A stretch of 64,000 nucleotides of DNA from Mobula hypostoma (taxonomy: Eukaryota), in the NCBI RefSeq assembly GCF_963921235.1, contig NC_086108.1, forward strand, positions 117,120,001 through 117,184,000. Direction: 5' to 3'. The notes under the pieces were generated by a model, which worked only from the letters and a program-made list of their open reading frames with translations, made no database searches and was not told the DNA's origin. The position numbers and the translations under genes are program-made. Shown in pieces: positions 39,801 to 54,800 of this stretch. The number at the start of each line of letters is the position of its first letter. Within the stretch, counting starts at the first letter, position 1.

Positions 39801-42800
39801 TGTCAGTGAACCACAGAGTGGACAGGTGGACGGGGTTTCAGTGAAACACATAGCGGACAGGTGGACGGGGTATCAGTGAACCACAGAGTGGACAGGTGGA
39901 TGGGTTGACAGTGAATCACAGAGTGGACAGGTGGACGGGGTGTCAGTGAACCACAGAGTGGACAGGTGGACACGGTGTCAGTGAACCACAGAGTGGACAG
40001 GTGGACGGGGTGTCAGTGAACCACAGAGTGGACAGGTGGACACGGTGTCAGTGAACCACAGAGTGGACAGGTGGACGGGGTGTCAGTGAACCACAGAGTG
40101 GACAGGTGGACACGGTGTCAGTGAACCACAGAGTGGACAGGTGGACACGGTGTCAATGAACCACAGAGTGGACAGGTGGACACGGTGTCAGTGAACCACA
40201 GAGTGGACAGGTGGACGGGGTGTCAGTGAACCACAGAGTGGACAGGTGGACGGGGTGTCAGTGAACCACAGAGTGGACAGGTGGACGGGGTGTCAGTGAA
40301 CCACAGAGTGGACAGGTGGATGGGTTGACAGTGAATCACAGAGTGGACAGGTGGACGGGGTGTCAGTGAGCCACAGAGTGGACAGGTGGACACGGTGTCA
40401 GTGAACCACAGAGTGGACAGGTGGACGGGGTGTCAGTGAACCACAGAGTGGACAGGTGGACACGGTGTCAGTGAACCACAGAGTGGACAGGTGGACGGGG
40501 TGTCAGTGAACCACAGAGTGGACAGGTGGATGGGGTGTCAGTGAACCACAGAGTGGACAGGTGGACGGGGTGTCAGTGAACCACAGAGTGGACAGGTGGA
40601 CACGGTGACAGTGAAGCACAGAGTGGACAGGTGGACGGGTTGACAGTGAACCACAGAGTGGACAGGTGGACACGGTGTCAGTGAACCACAGAGTGGACAG
40701 ATGGACGGGGTTTCAGTGAAACACATAGTGGACAGGTGGACGGGGTATCAGTGAACCACAGAGTGGACAGGTGGATGGGTTGACAGTGAATCACAGAGTG
40801 GACAGGTGGACGGGGTGTCAGTGAACCACAGAGTGGACAGGTGGACACGGTGTCAGTGAACCACAGAGTGGACAGGTGGACGGGGTGTCAGTGAACCACA
40901 GAGTGGACAGGTGGACACGGTGTCAGTGAACCACAGAGTGGACAGGTGGACGGGGTGTCAGTGAACCAGAGTTGACAGGTGGACACGGTGTCACTGAACC
41001 ACAGAGTGGACAGGTAGACACGGTGTCAGTGAACCACATAGCGGACAGGTGGACGGGGTGTCAGTGAACCACAGAGTGGACAGGTGGACGGGGTGACAGT
41101 GTACCACAGAGTGGACAGGTGGACACGGTGTCAGTAAACCACAGAGTGGACAGGTGGACACAGTGTCAGTGAACCACAGAGTGGACAGGTGGATGGGTTG
41201 ACAGTGAATCACAGAGTGGACAGGTGGACGGGGTGTCAGTGAACCACAGAGTGCACAGGTGGACAGAGTGTCAGGGAACCACAGAGTGGACAGGTGGACA
41301 CGGTGTCAGTGAACCACAGAGTGGACAGGTGGACACGGTGACAGAGAACCACAGAGTGGACAGGTGGACACAGTGTCAGTGAACCACAGAGTGGACAGGT
41401 GGACACGGTGTCACTGAACCACAGAGTGGACAGGTGGACACGGTGTCAGTGAACCACAGAGTGGACAGGTGGACACGGTGTCAGTGAACCACAGAGTGGA
41501 CAGGTGGACGGGGTGACAGTGTACAACAGATTGGACAGGTGGACACGGTGTCAGTAAACCACAGAGTGGACAGGTGGACGGGGTGTCAGTGAACCACAGA
41601 GTGGACAGGTGGACACGTTGTCAATGAACCACAGAGTGGACAGGTGGACACGGTGTCAGTGAACCACAGAGTGGACAGGTGGATGGGGTGTCAGTGAACC
41701 ACAGACTGGACAGGTGCACACGGTGTCAGTGAACCACAGAGTGGACAGGTGGACGGGGTGTCAGTGAACCACAGAGTGGACAGGTGGACGGGGTTTCAGT
41801 GAACCACATTGCGGACAGGTGGACGGGGTGTCAGTGAACCACAGAGTGGACAGGTGGACGGGGTGTCAGTGAACCACAGAGCGGACAGGTGGAGGGGGTG
41901 TCAGTGAACCACAGAGTGGACAGGTGGACACGGTGTCAGTGAACCACAGACTGGACAGGTGTACACGGTGTCAGTGAACCACAGAGTGGACAGGTGGACG
42001 GGGTTTCAGTGAACCACAGAGTGGACAGGTGGACGGGGTGTCAGTGAACCACAGAGTGGACAGGTGGACACGGTGTCAGTGAACCACAGAGTGGACAGGT
42101 GGATGGGTTGACAGTGAATCACAGAGTGGACAGGTGGACGGGGTGTCAGTGAGCCACAGAGTGGACAGGTGGACACGGTGTCAGTGAACCACAGAGTGGA
42201 CAGGTGGACGGGGTGTCAGTGAACCACAGAGTGGACAGGTGGACACGGTGTCAGTGAACCACAGAGTGGACAGGTGGACGGATGTCAGTGAACCACAGAG
42301 CGGACAGGTGGACGGGGTGTCAGTGAACCACAGAGTGGACAGGTGGACACGGTGTCAGTGAACCACAGACTGGACAGGTGGACACGGTGTCAGTGAACCA
42401 CAGAGTGGACAGGTGGACGGGGTTTCAGTGAAACACATAGCGGACAGGTGGACGGGGTATCAGTGAACCACAGAGTGGACAGGTGGATGGGTTGACAGTG
42501 AATCACAGAGTGGACAGGTGGACGGGGTGTCAGTGAACCACAGAGTGGACAGGTGGACACGGTGTCAGTGAACCACAGAGTGGACAGGTGGACGGGGTGT
42601 CAGTGAACCAGAGTTGACAGGTGGACACGGTGTCACTGAACCACAGAGTGGACAGGTGGACGGGGTGTCAGTGAACCACAGAGTGGACAGGTGGACACGG
42701 TGTCAGTGAACCACAGAGTGGACAGGTGGACACGGTGTCAGTGAACCACAGAGTGGACAGGTGGACACGGTGTCAGTGAACCACAGAGTGGACAGGTGGA

Positions 42801-45800
42801 CGGGGTTTCAGTGAACCACAGAGTGGACAGGTGGACGGGGTGCCAGAGTACCACAGAGTGGACAGGTGGACGGGGTGTCAGTGAACCACAGAGTGGACAG
42901 GTGGATGGGTTGACAGTGAATCACAGAGTGGACAGGTGGACGGGGTGTCAGTGAACCACAGAGTGGACAGGTGGACACGGTGTCAGTGAACCACAGAGTG
43001 GACAGGTGGACGGGGTGTCAGTGAACCACAGAGTGGACAGGTGGACACGGTGTCAGTGAACCACAGAGTGGACAGGTGGACACGGTGTCAGTGAACCACA
43101 GAGTGGACAGGTGGACGGGGTGTCAGTGAACCACAGAGTAGACAGGTGGACACGGTGTCAGAGAACCACAGACTGGACAGGTGTACACGGTGTCAGTGAA
43201 CCACAGAGTGGACAGGTGGACGGGGTTTCAGTGAAACACATAGCGGACAGGTGGACGGGGTATCAGTGAACCACAGAGTGGACAGGTGGATGGGTTGACA
43301 GTGAATCACAGAGTGGACAGGTGGACGGGGTGTCAGTGAACCACAGAGTGGACAGGTGGACACGGTGTCAGTGAACCACAGAGTGGACAAGTGGACGGGG
43401 TGTCAGTGAACCAGAGTTGACAGGTGGACACGGTGTCACTGAACCACAGAGCGGACAGGTGGACGGGGTGTCAGTGAACCACAGAGTGGACAGGTGGACA
43501 CGGTGTCAGTGAACCACAGAGTGGACAGGTGGACACGGTGTCAATGAACCAAAGAGTGGACAGGTGGACACGGTGTCAGTGAACCACAGAGTGGACAGGT
43601 GGACGGGGTGTCAGTGAACCACAGAGTGGACAGGTGGACACGGTGTCAGTGAACCACAGACTGGACAGGTGGACACGGTGTCAGTGAACCACAGAGTGGA
43701 CAGGTGGACGGGGTGTCAGTGTATCACAGAGTGGACAGGTGGACACGGTGTCAATGAACCAAAGAGTGGACAGGTGGACACGGTGTCAGTGAACCACAGA
43801 GTGGACAGGTGGACGGGGTGTCAGTGAACCACAGAGTGGACAGGTGGACACGGTGTCAGTGAACCACAGAGTGGACAGGTGGACACAGTGTCAGTGAACC
43901 ACAGAGTGGACAGGTGGACGGGGTGTCAGTGAACCACATAGCGGACAGGTGGACGGGGTGTCAGTGAACCACGGAGCGCAAAGGTGGACATGGTGTCAGT
44001 GAACCACAGAGTGGACGGGGTGTCTGTGAACCACAGAGTGGCCAGGTGGACACGGTGTCAGTGAACCACAGAGTGGACAGGTGGACACGGTGTGAGTGAA
44101 CCACAGAGTGGACAGGTGGACACGGTGTCAGTGAACCACAGAGTGGACAGGTGGACACGGTGTCAGTGAACCACAGAGTGGACAGGTGGACGGGGTGACA
44201 GTGAACCACAGAGTGGACAGGTGGACACGGTGTCAGTGCACCACAGAGTGCACAGGTGGACACGGTGTCAGTGAACCACAGAGGGGACAGGTGGACACGG
44301 TGTCAGTAAACCACAGAGTGGACAGGTGGACACGGTGTCAGTGAACCACAGAGTGGACAGGTGGATGGGGTGTCAGTGAACCACAGACTGGACAGGTGCA
44401 CACGGTGTCAGTGAACCACAGAGTGGACAGGTGGACACGGTGTCAGTGAACCACAGAGTGGACAGGTGGAGACGGTGTCAGTGAACCACAGAGTGGACAG
44501 GTGGACGGGGTGACAGTGTACCACAGAGTGGACAGGTGGACACAGTGTCAGTGAACCACAGAGTGGACAGGTGGATGGGTTGACAGTGAATCACAGAGTG
44601 GACAGGTGGACGGGGTGTCAGTGAACCACAGAGTGGACAGGTGGACACAGTGTCAGGGAACCACAGAGTGGACAGGTGGACACGGTGTCAGTGAACCACA
44701 GAGTGGACAGGTGGACACGGTGACAGAGAACCACAGAGTGGACAGGTGGACACAGTGTCAGTGAACCACAGAGTGGACAGGTGGACACGGTGTCAGTGAA
44801 CCACAGAGTGGACAGGTGGACACGGTGTCAGTGAACCACAGAGTGGACAGGTGGACACGGTGTCAGTGAACCACAGAGTGGACAGGTGGACGGGGTGACA
44901 GTGTACCACAGATTGGACAGGTGGACACGGTGTCAGTAAACCACAGAGTGGACAGGTGGACGGATGTCAGTGAACCACAGAGCGGACAGGTGGACGGGGT
45001 GTCAGTGAACCACAGAGTGGACAGGTGGACACGGTGTCAGAGAACCACAGACTGGACAGGTGTACACGGTGTCAGTGAACCACAGAGTGGACAGGTGGAC
45101 GGGGTTTCAGTGAAACACAGAGCGGACAGGTGGACGGGGTGTCAGTGAACCACAGAGTGGACAGGTGGATGGGTTGACAGTGAATCACAGAGTGGACAGG
45201 TGGACGGGGTGTCAGTGAACCACAGAGTGGACAGGTGGACGGGGTGTCAGTGAACCACAGAGTGGACAGGTGGACACGGTGTCAGTGAACCACAGAGTGG
45301 ACAGGTGGACGGGGTGTCAGTGAACCACAGAGTGGACAGGTGGACACGGTGTCAGTGAACCACAGAGTGGACAGGTAGACACGGTGTCAGTGAACCACAT
45401 AGTGGACAGGTGGACGGGGTGTCAGTGAACCACAGAGTGGACAGGTGGACGGGGTGTCAGTGAACCACAGAGTGGACAGGTGGACGGGGTGTCAGTGAAC
45501 CACAGAGTGGACAGGTGGACACGGTGTCAGTGAACCACAGAGTGGACAGGTGGACACGGTGTCAGTGAACCACAGAGTGGACAGGTGGACACGGTGTGAG
45601 TGAACCACAGAGTGGACAGGTGGACACGGTGTCAGTGAACCACAGAGTGGACAGGTGGACGGGGTGTCAGTGAACCACAGAGTGGACAGGTGGACACGGT
45701 GTCAGTGAACCACAGACTGGACAGGTGGACACGGTGTCAGTGAACCACAGAGTGGACAGGTGGACGGGGTGTCAGTGTATCACAGAGTGGACAGGTGGAC

Positions 45801-48800
45801 ACGGTGTCAATGAATCACAGAGTGGACAAGTGGACACGGTGTCAATGAACCAAAGAGTGGACAGGTGGACACGGTGTCAGTGAACCACAGAGTGGACAGG
45901 TGGACGGGGTGTCAGTGAACCACAGAGTGGACAGGTGGACACGGTGTCAGTGAACCACAGAGTGGACAGGTGGACACAGTGTCAGTGAACCACAGAGTGG
46001 ACAGGTGGACGGGGTGTCAGTGAACCACATAGCGGACAGGTGGACGGGGTGTCAGTGAACCACGGAGTGGACGGGGTGTCTGTGAACCACAGAGTGGACA
46101 GGTGGACACGGTGTCAGTGAACCACAGAGTGGACAGGTGGACACGGTGTGAGTGAACCACAGAGTGGACAGGTGGACACGGTGTCAGTGAACCACAGAGT
46201 TGACAAGTGGACACGGTGTCAGTGAACCACAGAGTGGACAGGTGGACACGGTGTCAGAGAACCACAGAGTGGACAGGTGGACACGGTGTCAGTGAACCAC
46301 AGAGGGGACAGGTGGACACGGTGTCAGTAAACCATTAGTGGACAGGTGGACACGGTGTCAGTGAACCACAGAGTGGACAGGTGGATGGGGTGTCAGTGAA
46401 CCACAGACTGGACAGGTGCACACGGTGTCAGTGAACCACAGAGTGGACAGGTGGACACGGTGTCAGTGAACCACAGAGTGGACAGGTGGAGACGGTGTCA
46501 GTGAACCACAGAGTGGACAGGTGGACGGGGTGACAGTGTACCACAGAGTGGACAGGTGGACACAGTGTCAGTGAACCACAGAGTGGACAGGTGGATGGGT
46601 TGACAGTGAATCACAGAGTGGACAGGTGGACGGGGTGTCAGTGAACCACAGAGTGCACAGGTGGACAAAGTGTCAGGGAACCACAGAGTGGACAGGTGGA
46701 CACGGTGTCAGTGAACCACAGAGTGGACAGGTGGACACGGTGACAGAGAACCACAGAGTGGACAGGTGGACACAGTGTCAGTGGACCACAGAGTGGACAG
46801 GTGGACACGGTGTCACTGAACCACAGAGTGGACAGGTGGACACGGTGTCAGTGAACCACAGAGTGGACAGGTGGACACGGTGTCAGTGAACCACAGAGAG
46901 GACAGGTGGACGGGGTGACAGTGTACAACAGATTGGACAGGTGGACACGGTGTCAGTAAACCAGAGTGGACAGGTGGACGGGGTGTCAGTGAACCACAGA
47001 GTGGACAGGTGGACACGTTGTCAATGAACCACAGAGTGGACAGGTGGACACGGTGTCAGTGAACCACAGAGTGGACAGGTGGATGGGGTGTCAGTGAACC
47101 ACAGACTGGACAGGTGCACACGGTGTCAGTGAACCACATAGTGGACAGGTGGACGGGGTGTCAGTGAACCACAGAGTGGACAGGTGGACGGGGTTTCAGT
47201 GAACCACATTGCGGACAGGTGGACGGGGTGTCAGTGAACCACAGAGCGGACAGGTGGACGGGGTGTCAGTGAACCACAGAGCGGACAGGTGGAGGGGGAG
47301 TCAGTGAACCACAGAGTGGACAGGTGGACACGGTGTCAGAGAACCACAGACTGGACAGGTGTACACGGTGTCAGTGAACCACAGAGTGGACAGGTGGACG
47401 GGGTTTCAGTGAACCACAGAGTGGACAGGTGGACGGGGTGCCAGAGTACCACAGAGTGGACAGGTGGACGGGGTGTCAGTGAACCACAGAGTGGACAGGT
47501 GGATGGGTTGACAGTGAATCACAGAGTTGACAAGTGGACGGGGTGTCAGTGAGCCACAGAGTGGACAGGTGGACGGGGTGTCACTGAACCACAGAGTGGA
47601 CAGGTGGACGGGGTGTCAGTGAACCACAGAGTGGACAGGTGGACACGGTGTCAGTGAACCACAGAGTGGACAGATGGACGGGGTGTCAGTGAACCACAGA
47701 GTGGACAGGTGGACGGATGTCAGTGAACCACAGAGCGGACAGGTGGACGGGGTGTCAGTGAACCACAGAGTGGACAGGTGGACACGGTGACAGTGAAGCA
47801 CAGAGTGGACAGGTGGACGGGTTGACAGTGAACCACAGAGTGGACAGGTGGACACGGTGTCAGTGAACCACAGAGTGGACAGATGGACGGGGTTTCAGTG
47901 AAACACATAGTGGACAGGTGGACGGGGTATCAGTGAACCACAGAGTGGACAGGTGGATGGGTTGACAGTGAATCACAGAGTGGACAGGTGGACGGGGTGT
48001 CAGTGAACCACAGAGTGGACAGGTGGACACGGTGTCAGTGAACCACAGAGTGGACAGGTGGACGGGGTGTCAGTGAACCACAGAGTGGACAGGTGGACAC
48101 GGTGTCAGTGAACCACAGAGTGGACAGGTGGACGGGGTGTCAGTGAACCAGAGTTGACAGGTGGACACGGTGTCACTGAACCACAGAGTGGACAGGTAGA
48201 CACGGTGTCAGTGAACCACATAGCGGACAGGTGGACGGGGTGTCAGTGAACCACAGAGCGGACAGGTGGACGGGGTGTCAGTGAACCACAGAGCGGACAG
48301 GTGGACGGGGTGTCAGTGAACCACAGAGTGGACAGGTGGACACGGTGTCAGTGAACCACAGAGTGGACAGGTGGACACGGTGTCAATGAACCAAAGAGTG
48401 GACAGGTGGACACGGTGTCAGTGAACCACAGAGTGGACAGGTGGACGGGGTGTCAGTGAACCACAGAGTGGACAGGTGGACGGGGTGTCAGTGTATCACA
48501 GAGTGGACAGGTGGACACGGTGTCAATGAACCAAAGAGTGGACAGGTGGACACGGTGTCAGTGAACCACAGAGTGGACAGGTGGACACGGTGTCAGTGAA
48601 CCACAGAGTGGACAGGTGGACGGGGTGTCAGTGTATCACAGAGTGGACAGGTGGACACGGTGTCAATGAACCAAAGAGTGGACAGGTGGACACGGTGTCA
48701 GTGAACCACAGAGTGGACAGGTGGACGGGGTGTCAGTGAACCACAGAGTGGACAGGTGGACACGGCGTCAGTGAACCACAGAGTGGACAGGTGGACACAG

Positions 48801-51800
48801 TGTCAGTGAACCACAGAGTGGACAGGTGGACGGGGTGTCAGTGAAACACATAGCGGACAGGTGGACGGGGTGTCAGTGAACCACATAGCGGACAGGTGGA
48901 CGGGGTGTCAGTGAAGCACAGAGCGGACAGGTGGACATGGTGTCAGTGAACCACAGAGTGGATGGGGTGTCTGTGAACCACAGAGTGGACAGGTGGACAC
49001 GGTGTCAGTGAACCACAGAGTGGACAGGTGGACACGGTGTGAGTGAACCACAGAGTGGACAGGTGGACACGGTGTCAGTGAACCACAGAGTTGACAAGTG
49101 GACACGGTGTCAGTGAACCACAGAGGGGACAGGTGGACACGGTGTCAGTAAACCACAGAGTGGACAGGTGGACACGGTGTCAGTGAACCACAGAGTGGAC
49201 AGGTGGATGGGGTGTCAGTGAACCACAGACTGGACAGGTGCACACGGTGTCAGTGAACCACAGAGTGGACAGGTGGATGGGTTGACAGTGAATCACAGAG
49301 TGGACAGGTGGATGGGGTGTCAGTGATCCACAGAGTGGAAAGGTGAACACGGTGTCAGTGAAGCACAGAGTGGACAGGTGGACGGGGTGTCAGTGAACCA
49401 CAGAGTGGACAGGTGGACACAGTGTCAGTGAACCACAGAGTGGACAGGTGGACGGGGTGTCAGTGAACCACAGAGTGGACAGGTGGACACGGTGTCAAGG
49501 AACCACAGAGTGGACAGGTGGACGGGGTGTCAATGAATCACAGAGTCGACAGGTGGACACGATGTCAGTGATCCAGAGAGTGGACAGGTGGACGCGGTGT
49601 CAGTGAACCACAGAGTGGACAGGTGGACACGGTGTCAGTGAACCACAGGTTGGACAGGTGGACACGGTCTCAGTGAACCACAGAGTGGACAGGTGGACGG
49701 GGTGTCAGTGAACCACAGAGTTGACAAGTGGACACGGTGTCAGTGAACCACAGAGTGGACAGGTGGACACGGTGTCAAGGAACCACAGAGTGGACAGGTG
49801 GACGGGGTGTCAGTGAACCACAGAGTGGACAGGTGGATGGGGTGTCAGTGAACCACAGACTGGACAGGTGCACACGGTGTCAGTGAACGACAGAGTGGAC
49901 AGGTGGATGGGTTAACAGTGAATCACAGACTGGACAGGTGGACGGGGTGTCAGTGAACCACAGAGTGGACAGGTGGACACAGTGTCAGTGAACCACAGAG
50001 TGGACAGGTGGACACGGTGTCAGTGAACCACAGAGTGGACAGGTGGACACGGTGTCAGTGAACCACAGAGTGGAGAGGTGGACCAGGTGTCAGTGAACCA
50101 CAGAGTGGACAGGTGGACACGGTGTCAATGAACCACAGATTGGACAGGTGGACACGGTGTGAGTGAACCACAGAGTGGACAGGTGGATGGGGTGTCAGTG
50201 AACCACAGACTGGACAGGTGGACGGGGTGTCAGTGAACCACAGAGTGGACAGGTGGATGGGTTGACAGTGAATCACAGAGTGGACAGGTGGACGGGGTGT
50301 CAGTGAACCACAGAGTGGACAGGTGGACACAGTGTCAGTGAACCACAGAGTGGACAGCTGGACACGGAGTCAGTGAACCACAGATGGACAGGTGGACACG
50401 GTGACAGAGAACCACAGAGTGGACAGGTGGACACGGTGTCAGTGAACCACAGAGTGGACAGGTGGACACGGTGTCAGTGAACCACAGAGTGGACAGGTGG
50501 ACCGGGTGTCAGTGAACCACAGAGTGGACAGCTGGACAGGGTGTCAATGAACCACAGAGCGGACAGGTGGACACGGTGTGAGTGAACCACAGAGTGGACA
50601 GGTGGATGGGGTGTCAGTGATCCTCAGAGTGGAAAGGTGAACACGGTGTCAGTGAAACACAGAGTGGACAGGTGGACGGGGTGTCAGTGAACCACAGAGT
50701 GGACATGTGGACACAGTGTCAGTGAACCACAGAGTGGACAGGTAGACGGGGTGTCAGTGAACCACAGAGTAGACAGGTGGACACGGTGTCAACGAACCAC
50801 AGAGTGGACAGGTGGACGGGGTGTCAGTGAACCACAAAGTCGACAGGTGGACACGATGTCAGTGATCCAGAGAGCAGACAGGTGGACGCGGTGTCAGTGA
50901 ACCACAGAGTGGACAGGTGGACACGGTGTCAGTGAACCACAGAGTGGACATGTGGACACAGTGACAGTGAACCACAGAGTGCACAGGTAGACGGGGTGTC
51001 AGTGAACCACAGAGTGGACAGGTGGACACGGTGTCAGTGAACCACAGAGTGGACAGGTGGAGACGGTGTCAGTGAACCACAGAGTGGACAGGTGGACGGG
51101 GTGACAGTGTACCACAGAGTGGACAGGTGGACACGGTGTTAGTAAACCACAGAGTGGACAGGTGAACACAGTGTCAGTGAACTACAGAGCGGACAAGTGG
51201 ACGGGGTGTCAGTGAACCACAGAGTGGACAGGTGGATGGGTTGACAGTGAATCACAGAGTGGACAGGTGGACGGGGTGTCAGTGAACCACAGAGTGGACA
51301 GGTGGACACGGTGTCAGTGAACCACAGACTGGACAGGTGGACACGGTGTCAGTGAACCACAGAGTGGACAGGTGGACGGGGTGTCAGTGTATCACAGAGT
51401 GGACAGGTGGACACGGTGTCAATGAACCAAAGAGTGGACAGGTGGACACGGTGTCAGTGAACCACAGAGTGGACAGGTGGACGGGGTGTCAGTGAACCAC
51501 AGAGTGGACAGGTGGACACGGTGTCAGTGAACCACAGAGTGGACAGGTGGACACAGTGTCATTGAACCACAGAGTGGACAGGTGGACGGGGTGTCAGTGA
51601 ACCACAGAGCGGACAGGTGGACGGGGTGTCAGTGAACCACATAGCGGACAGGTGGACGGGGTGTCAGTGAACCACAGAGCGGACAGGTGGACGGGGTGTC
51701 AGTGAACCACATAGCGGACAGGTGGACATGGTGTCAGTGAACCACAGAGTGGACGGGGTGTCTGTGAACCACAGAGAGGACAGGTGGACGGGTTGTCAGT

Positions 51801-54800
51801 GAACCACAGAGTGGACAGGTGGACACGGTGTCAGTGCACCACAGTGTGGACAGGTGTACACGGTGACAGTGAACCACAGAGTGGACAGGTGGACACGGTG
51901 TCAGTGAACCACAGAGTGGACAGGTGGACACGGTGTGAGTGAACCACAGAGTGGACAGGTGGACACGGTGTCAGTGAACCACAGAGTTGACAAGTGGACA
52001 CGGTGTCAGTGAACCACAGAGTGGACAGGTGGACACGGTGTCAGAGAACCACAGAGTGGACAGGTGGACACGGTGTCAGTGAACCACAGAGGGGACAGGT
52101 GGACACGGTGTCAGTAAATCACAGAGTGGACAGGTGGACACGGTGTCAGTGAACCACAGACTGGACAGGTGCAAACGGTGTCAGTGAACCACAGAGTGGA
52201 CAGGTGGATGGTTGACAGTGAATCACAGAGTGGACAGGTGGACGGGGTGTCAGTGAACCACAGAGTAGACAGGTGGACACAGTGTCAGTGAACCACAGAG
52301 TGGACAGGTGGACACGGTGTCAGTGAACCACAGACTGGACAGGTGGACACGGTGACAGAGAACCACAGAGTGGACAGGTGGACACGGTGACAGAGAACCA
52401 CAGAGTAGACAGGTGGACACAGTGTCAGTGAACCACAGAGTGGACAGGTGGACACGGTGTCAGTGAACCACAGAGTGGACAGGTGGAAACGGTGTCAGTG
52501 AACCACAAAGTGGAAAGGTGGACGGGGTGTCAGTGAACCGCAGAGTGGACAGGTGGACACGGTGTCAGTGAATCACATCGTGGACAGGTGGACACGGTGT
52601 CAAGGAACCACAGAGTGGACAGGTGGATGGGGTGTCAGTGATCCTCAGAGTGGAAAGGTGAACACGGTGTCAGTGAAGCACAGAGTGGACAGGTGGACGG
52701 GGTGTCAGTGAACCACAGAGTGGACAGGTGGACACGGTGTCAGTGAACCACAGAGTAGACAGGTGGACACGGTGTCAAGGAACCACAGAGTGGACAGGTG
52801 GACGGGGTGTCAGTGAACCACAAAGTCAACAGGTGGACACGATGTCAGTGATCCAGAGAGTGGACAGGTGGACGCGGTGTCAGTGAACCACAGAGTGGAC
52901 AGGTGGATACGGTGTCAGTGAACCACAGAGTGGACAGGTGGACACGGTGTCAGTGAACCACAGAGTGGACAGGTGGACACGGTGTCAGTGAACCACAGAG
53001 TGGACAGGTGGACGGGGTGACAGTGTACCACAGAGTGGACAGGTGGACACGGTGTTAGTAAACCACAGAGTGGACAGGTGAACACAGTGTCAGTGAACCA
53101 CAGAGTGGACAGGTGGACGGGTTGACAGTGAATCACAGAGTGGACAGGTGGACGGGATGTCAGTGAACCACAGAGTGCACAGGTGGACACAGTGTCAGGG
53201 AACCACAGAGTGGACAGGTGGACACGGTGTCAGTGAACCACAGACTGGACAGGTGGACACGGTGACAGAGAACCACAGAGTGGACAGGTGGACACAGTGT
53301 CAGTGAACCACAGAGTGGACAGGTGGACACGGTGTTAGTGAACCACAGAGTGGACAGGTGGACACGGTGTCAGTGAACCACAAAGTGGACAGGTGGACAC
53401 GGTGTCAAGGAACCACAGAGTGGACAGGTGGACGGGGTGTCAGTGAACCACAGAGTCGACAGGTGGACACGATGTCAGTGATCCAGAGAGTGGACAGGTG
53501 GACGCGGTGTCAGTGAACCACAGAGTGGACAGGTGGACACGGTGTCAGTGAACCACAGAGTGGACAGGTGGACGGGGTGTCAGTGAACCACAGAGTGGAC
53601 AGGTGGACGGGGTGTCTGTGAACCACAGAGTGGACAGGTGGACACGGTGTGAGTGAACCACAGAGTGGACAGGTGGACGGGGTGTCAGTGAACCACAGAG
53701 TGGACAGGTGGACACGGTGACAGTGAACCACAGAGTGGACAGGTGGACACGGTGTCAGTGAACCACAGAGTGGACAGGTGGACACGGTGTCAGTGAACCA
53801 CAGAGTGGACAGGTGGACACAGTGTCAGTGAACCACAGAGTGGACAGGTGGATGGGGTGTCAGTGAACCACAGACTGGACAGGTGCACACGGTGTCAGTG
53901 AACCACAGAGTGGACAGGTGGATGGGTTGACAGTGAATCACAGAGTGGACAGGTGGACGGGGTGTCAGTGAACCACAGAGTGGACAGGTGGACACAGTGT
54001 CAGTGAACCACAGAGTGGACAGGTGGACACGGTGTCAGTGAACCACAGAGTGGACAGGTGGACACGGTGTCAGTGAACCACAGAGTGGACAGGTGGACGG
54101 GGTGTCAGTGAACCACAGAGTGGACAGGTGGACACGGTGTCAATAAACCACAGATTGGACAGGTGGACACGGTGTGAGTGAACCACAGAGTGGACAGGTG
54201 GATGGGGTGTCAGTGAACCACAGACTGGACAGGTGGACGGGGTGTCAGTGAACCACAGAGTGGACAGGTGGATGGGTTGACAGTGAATCACAGAGTGGAC
54301 AGGTGGACGGGGTGTCAGTGAACCACAGAGTGGACAGGTGGACACAGTGTCAGTGAACCACAGAGTGGACAGGTGGACACGGAGTCAGTGAACCACAGAG
54401 TGGACAGGTGGACACGGTGAAGGAGAACCACAGAGTGGACAGGTGGAGACGGTGTCAGTGAACCACAGAGTGGACAGGTGGACACGGTGTCAGTGAACGA
54501 CAGAGTGGACAGGTGGACCGGGAGTCAGTGAACCACAGAGTGGACAGGTGGACAGGGTGTCAATGAACCACAGAGTGGACAGGTGGACACGGTGTGAGTG
54601 AACCACAGAGTGGACAGGTGGATGGGGTGTCAGTGAACCACAGACTGGACAGGTGGACGGGGTGTCAGTGAACCACAGAGTGGACAGGTGGATGGGTTGT
54701 CAGTAAACCACAGACTGGACAGGTGGACGGGGTGTAAGTGAACCACAGAGTAGACAGGTGGACACGGTGTCAGTGAATCACAGAGCGGACAGGTGGACAA

